Below are positions 58,099 through 64,000 of a DNA stretch of 64,000 nucleotides, piece by piece. A program made the position numbers and the translations under genes. Source of the DNA: an uncultured bacterium (GTDB lineage: Bacteria; Oederibacteriota; PGYV01; CAWJRG01); assembly GCA_963845185.1 (NCBI GenBank), contig CAWJRG010000010.1, positions 192,001 to 256,000 of the forward strand, read 5' to 3'. The notes under the pieces are model-generated. The model saw nothing but the letters and a program-made list of their open reading frames with translations. It did no database searches and was not told where the DNA came from. Numbering within the stretch: the stretch's first letter is position 1; the number at the start of each line of letters is the position of its first letter.

Positions 58099-58605
58099 TC
58101 AGGCCTTGTTTAAATAAATATCTTTAATTCTGTTATGCTCTATCCAGGTCAATAAAATCATTACTGTATCAAAAACAGTAAGGGCAATCAGCCAAAAAGA
58201 ATGGGTATATGAATACCGGTATATCTGATAGCCGACGAATAAAACGAGAAAAATAACCGCAAGTGGATAAGCCCATAGCCTTTTTTCCAGCAGCATGGCA
58301 ACAAGAAATATTTTAACCACACCGTGGGACAACAGGTAAAAAATTCCAAAATGCTGTGAACTGGCTGTAAATTCATGGCTTATTTTTATTAAATAATTAG
58401 CGATCATATCATTCGGGTCTTCAGATAATTCATGCTGGGTCAATAGAAGAATTATTTTGCTTAACCTGACCGGGCTGGTCAGCATAAGCAAAAAACCGCC
58501 CAAAATCTCAAGGATTCCGTCAAAGCCTTTTATATAAATTCCGATTAAAAATCCGTCATGAAGCAAATTCTTTTTAATATCCGTTTTCATATAATAGTTT
58601 ATCAC
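58099..58605 (-). CDS. DUF2127-like membrane protein
   Basis: KGFDGILE..GG, HELSEDP.D, YLLSHG..K, WAYP. Confidence 0.75.
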   Translation of the reverse strand: MINYYMKTDIKKNLLHDGFLIGIYIKGFDGILEILGGFLLMLTSPVRLSKIILLLTQHELSEDPNDMIANYLIKISHEFTASSQHFGIFYLLSHGVVKIFLVAMLLEKRLWAYPLAVIFLVLFVGYQIYRYSYTHSFWLIALTVFDTVMILLTWIEHNRIKDIYLNKA

Positions 58606-58616
58606 CAGCCTTTTAT

Positions 58617-58730
58617 GGAGCCCCCGCCTTCACAGGCGGGGCACCTTTAAAAATTTTCTGATATGCTCCCTCCCCGGAGCGCTATCAATCCTGCCTCAAC
58701 AATAGGCGGGGTTTTTCGCGAAGCGGGATT
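58617..58730. mobile_element. Non-autonomous hairpin element A, uninterrupted copy
   Basis: GGAGCCCCCGCCTTcacAGGCGGGG...CCTGCCT..AGGCGGGG..GCGGGATT; matches both ends of 6728-7005. Confidence 0.7.
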
Positions 58731-58777
58731 CATATTATCAGGCAATAAATACAAAAAATCAAGCGTTGAAACCGAAC

Positions 58778-58805
58778 TTGACAATTTTAAACACAGGAAT
58801 ATAAT
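58778..58805 (+). promoter_or_regulatory. sigma70 promoter of the YbhB-like gene
   Basis: TTGACA-N16-TATAAT. Confidence 0.7.
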
Positions 58806-58819
58806 TGGGGTAATATTGA

Positions 58820-58918
58820 GTACCACTTGTCCTCAGCCTGGCGGCTTCGGACTGGAGCGGGTACAAGATAGCGTAATATTTTATCATCGCTTTCGGCTTG
58901 ATAAAATAAACGCTATCA
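58820..58918. repeat. Two-hairpin element B, copy 3 (in the predicted 5' UTR)
   Basis: GTACC.CTTGTCC..GGACTGGAGCGGGTAC plus GATAGCGTAATATTTTATC..GATAAAATAAACGCTATC. Confidence 0.7.
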
Positions 58919-58932
58919 TAGGAGGTGATTGC

Positions 58933-59472
58933 ATGAGAAAAAATACAGTCGCAATTCTCGCTGTTTTGCTCTTTTTAACGCTTATCTTTACAGGAGGAAA
59001 AAAGAAAATGGAAAAAATTATCGTAACAAGCAGCGCATTTAAGCAGGGCGAAGCCATCCCGGTAAAATATACATGCAAAGGCGCTGATGTTTCGCCGGAA
59101 ATCAGCTGGCTGGGCACACCCCAAAACACGAAATCAATTGTTTTGATTGCCGATGACCCTGATGCGCCGGGCGGCATGTGGGTTCACTGGGTGGTTTATA
59201 ACATCCCATCATTGGTCACTTCACTTAATGAGAACTTTCCAAAAACCGTTGAGTTAAAGGATGGCACGAAACAAGGCCGTACTGATTTCGGCAAATATGG
59301 ATACGGTGGCCCGTGTCCGCCGTCAGGCACACACAGGTATTTTTTCAAGGTCTACGCGCTTGACATTGTTTTAAGCCTCGAACCTGCGGCTGCGACCAAG
59401 ATGTCGGTAACAAAATCAACGGAAGGACACGTGCTTGGCTATGGTGAACTGATGGGAACTTTTAAAAAATAA
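58933..59472 (+). CDS. YbhB/YbcL PEBP (Raf-kinase-inhibitor-like) protein, exported
   Basis: DDPDAP, WVHW, YGGPCPP, HRYFF; GGAGG RBS before ATG 58933. Confidence 0.88.
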   Translation: MRKNTVAILAVLLFLTLIFTGGKKKMEKIIVTSSAFKQGEAIPVKYTCKGADVSPEISWLGTPQNTKSIVLIADDPDAPGGMWVHWVVYNIPSLVTSLNENFPKTVELKDGTKQGRTDFGKYGYGGPCPPSGTHRYFFKVYALDIVLSLEPAAATKMSVTKSTEGHVLGYGELMGTFKK

Positions 59473-59498
59473 TTTCAACCAATAAAATCGACAGCAAT

Positions 59499-60755
59499 TC
59501 ATTTTTTAAATTTCTTATTAATATTGCCGTTGCTGTCTGTTTTTATCAGATATACATCCCAACCGCCTGCGCGATATGACTCGGTATACCCGGTGATGAT
59601 ATATCCACCGTCTTTAGTCTGCTGCACCGACCTGCCTATATCATCTTTGCTTCCCCCGAAAGTTTTATGCCATTTCTGTTTTCCGTCGCTGTCTGTTTTT
59701 ACCAGATACACATCGGCATTACCCGCCCCGTATGAATGTGTGCTCCCCGCAACAATGTATCCCTCGTCGTTTGTCTGCTGCATCGAATAGCCTTCGTCGC
59801 TATTTTTTCCACCGTATGTCTTATACCAATTCTGGTTTCCATTGTTGTCTATTTTTATTAAACAAACATCATTATTGCCGGCCAAGCTTGAACTCGTGCT
59901 GCCTGCAACTATATATCCGTTGTCTGTTGTTTGTTGTACCGAATATCCATAACTATCCCCGCTTCCGCCCAAAGTCCTTGTCCACATGCCATCACCATTC
60001 CTGTCTGTCTTTATAAGATATATCTCATTATAACCCGGGCTGTAGGAATTTGTGGTCCCTGCAATGATGTACCCGCCGTCTCTTGTCTGCTGCACTGAAC
60101 GGCCTTCGTCACTTCCGCTTCCGCCGAATGTCCTTGTCCACACACAATCGCCGTTGCTGTCTGTCTTTATCAAATATATATCAACACCACCCGTGCCGAA
60201 TGAATTTGTGCTTCCTACAACAATATATCCGCCGTCTTTTGTCTGTTGTACTGAATATCCGTAATCATCGTTGTTACCGCCGAATGTCCTTGTCCATACG
60301 CAATCGCCGCTGCTGTCGGCCTTTATCAAATAAACATCCCAGCCGCCCGCACCGCACGCCTTCGTGCTTCCTGCAATAATGTATCCCCTGTCTTTTGTCT
60401 GTTGTATTGAATTTCCTTCATTTTCACCGTTTCCGCCGAATATTTTGTACCAGTTCTGGTTTCCGTTGCTGTCGGTTTTTATCAGGTATATTAGGGGATT
60501 AGCAGGCGTACTGTATGATGTCGTGTTTTCAGTAATGACATAACCGCCATCGGCTGTCTGCTGCACAGACTCGCCTTTATCATCGCCATCTCCTCCGAAT
60601 GTGGCTGCAAATTTGACGGCTGCATCCGAGACCTGCGTTTCGACGGCTTTTTGGGGAAAAACCAAGGAAGTCATTAAAAACATTATAATAACCAGGCAGG
60701 GCTTTACCGGGTTCATTTGTTCTTTGGCGTTGATTTTTTTATAATCGCGTATCAT
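59499..60755 (-). CDS. Secreted ~50-aa repeat (QQTxDGGY) beta-propeller protein
   Basis: About 7 repeats of S.QQT.DGGYI..G.T.S...G..D.YLIKTDSNG...W..TFGG. Confidence 0.75.
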   Translation of the reverse strand: MIRDYKKINAKEQMNPVKPCLVIIMFLMTSLVFPQKAVETQVSDAAVKFAATFGGDGDDKGESVQQTADGGYVITENTTSYSTPANPLIYLIKTDSNGNQNWYKIFGGNGENEGNSIQQTKDRGYIIAGSTKACGAGGWDVYLIKADSSGDCVWTRTFGGNNDDYGYSVQQTKDGGYIVVGSTNSFGTGGVDIYLIKTDSNGDCVWTRTFGGSGSDEGRSVQQTRDGGYIIAGTTNSYSPGYNEIYLIKTDRNGDGMWTRTLGGSGDSYGYSVQQTTDNGYIVAGSTSSSLAGNNDVCLIKIDNNGNQNWYKTYGGKNSDEGYSMQQTNDEGYIVAGSTHSYGAGNADVYLVKTDSDGKQKWHKTFGGSKDDIGRSVQQTKDGGYIITGYTESYRAGGWDVYLIKTDSNGNINKKFKK

Positions 60756-61320
60756 TTATCAAAATCCTTTCTTGTGATTGCGTAGCTTTTTACATCATGC
60801 ACTCTTCCTCTGACCGTTATTATCCTGCTCCTCTGCATGCCTTCAAACTTCATTCCTGCTTTTTCCATAACTCTTGACGAGCCGATATTTTTAATATCAC
60901 ACACCGCCTCGATCCTGTTTAAACCCATTTTTTTAAATCCAAATTCTATTATTTTTTTACAGCTTCTGTCATATATCCTTTATTCCAACCGTCTGGTGAT
61001 AATGCATAGCCTATTCCCGCAGTTTTATGGGTGTCAGAATATGTTTCATATCCCGCTGTGCCTATCACTTTCCTGGATTTTTTATCAGTCACTGCCCAGG
61101 AAGCAGGCTCCCCGCGCTTGTATTTTGCCAAAACATGTTTAATAAATGCTTTAGTATCTTTTTTTGTCCTGTGATATTCCCATATTGTATATTTCGTCAC
61201 CATTGGCCGCGAAGCATAATTAAATATGTCGTCAATATCTGTTTTTATTATCCTGCGCAATAAAAGCCTTTTTGTTGATAATTCAGGCAGGTTTTTAAAA
61301 ACCCGCTTATTGGAATCCAT
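60752..61320 (-). pseudogene. RimJ/RimL-type GNAT acetyltransferase, frameshifted at T7 run 60952-60958
   Basis: The ORF stops at EAVKK. Adding one A gives IIEFGFKKMGLNRIEAVCDIKNIGSSRVMEKAGMKFEG..., ending at TGA 60752, which overlaps the next gene's ATG. Confidence 0.8.
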
Positions 61321-61325
61321 CGTTT

Positions 61326-61895
61326 TCAATCCCACGCTATCTCATAACTCGTTTTACCATCTTTATTATCGGTAAATTTTATGATTTTTACCGACACATT
61401 TTTGCAGCCGCTTATTTCCAATGCCTTTTCTATCCACCCGCCTATGCGGTTTTCAATTACCGGTGATATTTCCGAAAACTCAAGTATTTCTACTTTAGTA
61501 CTTTTCGCCCCGGTCTGTGTAGCCCTTATTTCGCTGGGACGGTAATAGGTCGGGAGTATCCTGTCGGCCTTTTTTATTATGAACTGCGGATTCGCCAATT
61601 GCACAAAAAACCTGTAAATGCCTTTTAACCCGTAATCGGCGCTGTGCCTGCCCATTTCCCATGCGCCTTTTAAATCGCCGTTATAAAACATAGCGCACGC
61701 GCGTTTGGTCGGTTCCACAAGATATTCGTTCATTGAATACCAGTTGGCAGAAATGATGGCAGACGAAAAAACACTCTGCGCCTCTTCCGGCAGCGATGCG
61801 ACCCATTTCTTTAATCCTGTTTCTCCAAAATTTAGTTTTATGAATTCCCTGGCAGCCACAAGTGTGGAACCTTTTACATCCATAAATGCCTCCAT
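61326..61895 (-). CDS. Hypothetical protein (DUF2378/HNOX-V4R-like fold)
   Basis: VKGS..EFIK..FG..G..W...WY..MGR.SA..LKGIY; GWIE.ALE.SG..V.V...YEIAW. Confidence 0.55.
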   Translation of the reverse strand: MEAFMDVKGSTLVAAREFIKLNFGETGLKKWVASLPEEAQSVFSSAIISANWYSMNEYLVEPTKRACAMFYNGDLKGAWEMGRHSADYGLKGIYRFFVQLANPQFIIKKADRILPTYYRPSEIRATQTGAKSTKVEILEFSEISPVIENRIGGWIEKALEISGCKNVSVKIIKFTDNKDGKTSYEIAWD

Positions 61896-62061
61896 TGTTT
61901 TTCAAAAAAATTTATTCGCGGTCATAATAACATTTATAATTATAAACGACAATAATATTTTTTTATGTGGTAGAATTCCCCTTGTAATTTCATAAAAGAC
62001 GTGCTGACTATATATTCATATCAAGACGCTCTTTCTTTAATGGCGTCTTCGGGAAAACCTC

Positions 62062-63549
62062 TTACGCGCCTGCCAGGCTTTTCGCCATCACCCTGCGGAA
62101 ATGAAAACCATATATAGCCAGTGTGATAGCTTCTGCCAAAAGTTCTGGTTTTTTAAATGCGGTCCAGAAAACCATTTTCCAGAAATAAATTTTTCCCTCG
62201 CCCCATATACCCATCCGCCATATTGCCTTTACCAGCGCATTTATCTTTACATCAAGCGAAAGCTTTCTTTCAGTGGCCACTTTTTTGTATTCTTTAAGGA
62301 ATGTAATTACCCTGTTATAGTAGTTTTCAGGGGTAAAAATTGTGTTCAGTATTCTTTTGTAGCCTTCTATCAGTTTTTCCTTGTCCATTTTCGGTAAAAA
62401 ATTTATGGTAAAATCCGTATTGCTTCCCGTGGGCATTTTCAATATCCTGCCCGTATCCTGCAGCCTTTGATAAAGTTTTGTCTCGGGCAGCGCGTTTAAA
62501 AGCCCGACCATTGCCGTCACAATGCCGCTTTTCTGGATGAATTTTATCATGTTGTCGAAAGTTTTTGAAGTGTCCGTGTCAAAACCTACTATAAATCCTC
62601 CCTGGACCTGCAGCCCGTTCCGTTGGAGTATCTTTACTTTTTCCTCAAGGTTCTTGCCTGTATTCTGCACCTTGCCGCATGAAAAAAGGCTGTCCTCCTC
62701 GGGTGTTTCGATGCCAACAAAAACCGAATCAAAATTGGCTTTCTGCATCAGCGTCATGAGCTCCTGGTCGTCGGCAAGGTTTATCGACGCTTCTGTATAA
62801 AGAGTGAAAGGCCTTTTCTTTTTCTCCATCCACGTGCCAATTTCCTTTAGTATCAGTTTTACCTTTTCCTTATTACCTATAAAGTTGTCGTCGACTACAA
62901 ACACGCTGCCGCGCCATCCTGAAGCGTATATCGCGTCAAATTCCGCATTTACCTGTGCCGGGGACTTCACCCTCGGTACCCTTCCGTTAATAACTATTAT
63001 GTCACAGAATTCGCAGCTGAAAGGGCAACCCCTGGAAACCTGCATCGCAAGCGAAGCGTAATAATTTGTATTCAAAAGGCTCCAATCCGGCACTGGTGTC
63101 TTTGAAATGTCCGGCCTTTCATTTGAAGAGTATATGAGTTTTACTGCCCCTGTTTCCAAATCCTTTAAAAACATGGGATAAGTAACTTCTCCTTCGTTTA
63201 AAACAAAACAATCGACGTTGCTGAAATCTGTATGCCCTGTCGTAAAAAGCGGCCCGCCCGCAACGACAAATTTGCCGAGCGCTTTTGCTCTGTTTATTAC
63301 TTCCTGCGCGGATTTTTTTTGCACAATCATGCCACTCACATAGACATGATCCGCCCATTTGATATCAGCGTCTTTCAATTTTGTGACGTTTAGGTCGACG
63401 ACTCTCTTTTCCCACTGCGCCGGCATCATTGACGCAAGCGTCAAAAGCCCGAGCGGCGGAAGTGCTGCTCTTTTATTGACAAACGGGAGTGCGTGTTTGA
63501 AACTCCAGAACGTGGCTGGATACTCCGGATAAACCATTAGAACTTTCAT
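62062..63549 (-). CDS. B12-binding radical SAM protein with DUF4070 C-terminus
   Basis: TFWSF..PPLGLLT, SRGCPFSCEFC, VDDNFIGN, FIVGFDTD; likely start MKVLMV at 63549. Confidence 0.88.
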   Translation of the reverse strand: MKVLMVYPEYPATFWSFKHALPFVNKRAALPPLGLLTLASMMPAQWEKRVVDLNVTKLKDADIKWADHVYVSGMIVQKKSAQEVINRAKALGKFVVAGGPLFTTGHTDFSNVDCFVLNEGEVTYPMFLKDLETGAVKLIYSSNERPDISKTPVPDWSLLNTNYYASLAMQVSRGCPFSCEFCDIIVINGRVPRVKSPAQVNAEFDAIYASGWRGSVFVVDDNFIGNKEKVKLILKEIGTWMEKKKRPFTLYTEASINLADDQELMTLMQKANFDSVFVGIETPEEDSLFSCGKVQNTGKNLEEKVKILQRNGLQVQGGFIVGFDTDTSKTFDNMIKFIQKSGIVTAMVGLLNALPETKLYQRLQDTGRILKMPTGSNTDFTINFLPKMDKEKLIEGYKRILNTIFTPENYYNRVITFLKEYKKVATERKLSLDVKINALVKAIWRMGIWGEGKIYFWKMVFWTAFKKPELLAEAITLAIYGFHFRRVMAKSLAGA

Positions 63550-63740
63550 AAAATGCCTCTTTTCCTCCAAGCCTGGTATGCGTGGAAATATAACTAATAT
63601 AAGGTTATCCCCCAGAAACATATTAAACAAGGCTTGTTTCCACTTATAATTGACTTATATCCCGGTTGAATTTGTTGGATTTATATCAGGAATGGAAATT
63701 CGAAAAGCATTTTTCGCGGAATTGAAAACTAATAATTCCT

Positions 63741-64000
63741 TTACTTCCCCTGAATTTTTTTTACTATGTCATATGCAGTCTTATATCCTAACTCTCCTGC
63801 TTTGTTTAAATCTCTGATAGCGCCTTTATTGTCGCCTAATTTATATTTGGCAACCCCGCGGTTATAATAAGCATCCACGGATTTCGGTTCAAGCTCTATT
63901 TCTATGTTAAAATCCTTGATTGCCCCTGTATAGTCACCTAATGCGCCCTTAATCACCCCGCGCTCGACATAAGCCTTTGCATATTCCGGATTCAATTCTA
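63741..64000 (-). CDS. TPR-repeat protein, 5' part outside window
   Basis: AYYNRG.AK..LGD..GAI.D..KA repeats. Confidence 0.7.
   Translation of the reverse strand, partial: ELNPEYAKAYVERGVIKGALGDYTGAIKDFNIEIELEPKSVDAYYNRGVAKYKLGDNKGAIRDLNKAGELGYKTAYDIVKKIQGK

Noticed and set aside
58663..58932. N-terminal 90-aa extension of the YbhB ORF
   Set aside because: It spans element A, the promoter and element B; a strong RBS and a signal peptide indicate the start is at 58933.
1..64000. CRISPR array or cas genes
   Set aside because: No regularly spaced identical repeats with unique spacers; the repeats seen are coding repeats or dispersed hairpins.

Overview
64 kb of a diderm bacterial chromosome, mostly minus-strand genes. 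The gene content (lolA, a PorV-like barrel, many Thr/Pro-rich secreted proteins with Ig-like C-terminal tails) resembles Ca. Goldbacteria/Firestonebacteria-like lineages, which is an inference only. The flanks are housekeeping or ordinary accessory genes: mtaB, a degenerate galK-like gene, two tandem PilB/GspE ATPases, a TPR-PBP fusion, glgP, mfd, pgpA, pgsA, rimO, yajQ, a split rodZ and lolA. The centre (~8.9-43.7 kb) is a cell-surface/secretion island. It holds GT-C and GT2 glycosyltransferases and seven large signal-peptide proteins (two GH8, one clan GH-A hydrolase, one LVIVD propeller, three DUF11/lectin-like paralogues), each with a long Thr-rich linker and a ~90-aa C-terminal Ig-like sorting-type domain (CTD). 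These sit next to a PorV/PorQ-like gene and an ECF sigma/anti-sigma pair. Main finding: the anti-sigma factor ends in the same FlgD-Ig-type CTD as three cargo proteins. Exactly those three genes, plus the sigma gene itself, carry the promoter motif GGAAC-N13-AATTGTCHAA, whereas the genes with the other CTD type sit behind sigma70-type promoters. This suggests an ECF circuit coupled to a T9SS-like export pathway. Second finding: several families of small palindromic elements nested inside one another, including BoxC-like arms bracketing a DUF559 nuclease gene and gene-less derivatives of that cassette. Four genes are broken by single-base frameshifts, at or near homopolymers, most likely long-read assembly errors.
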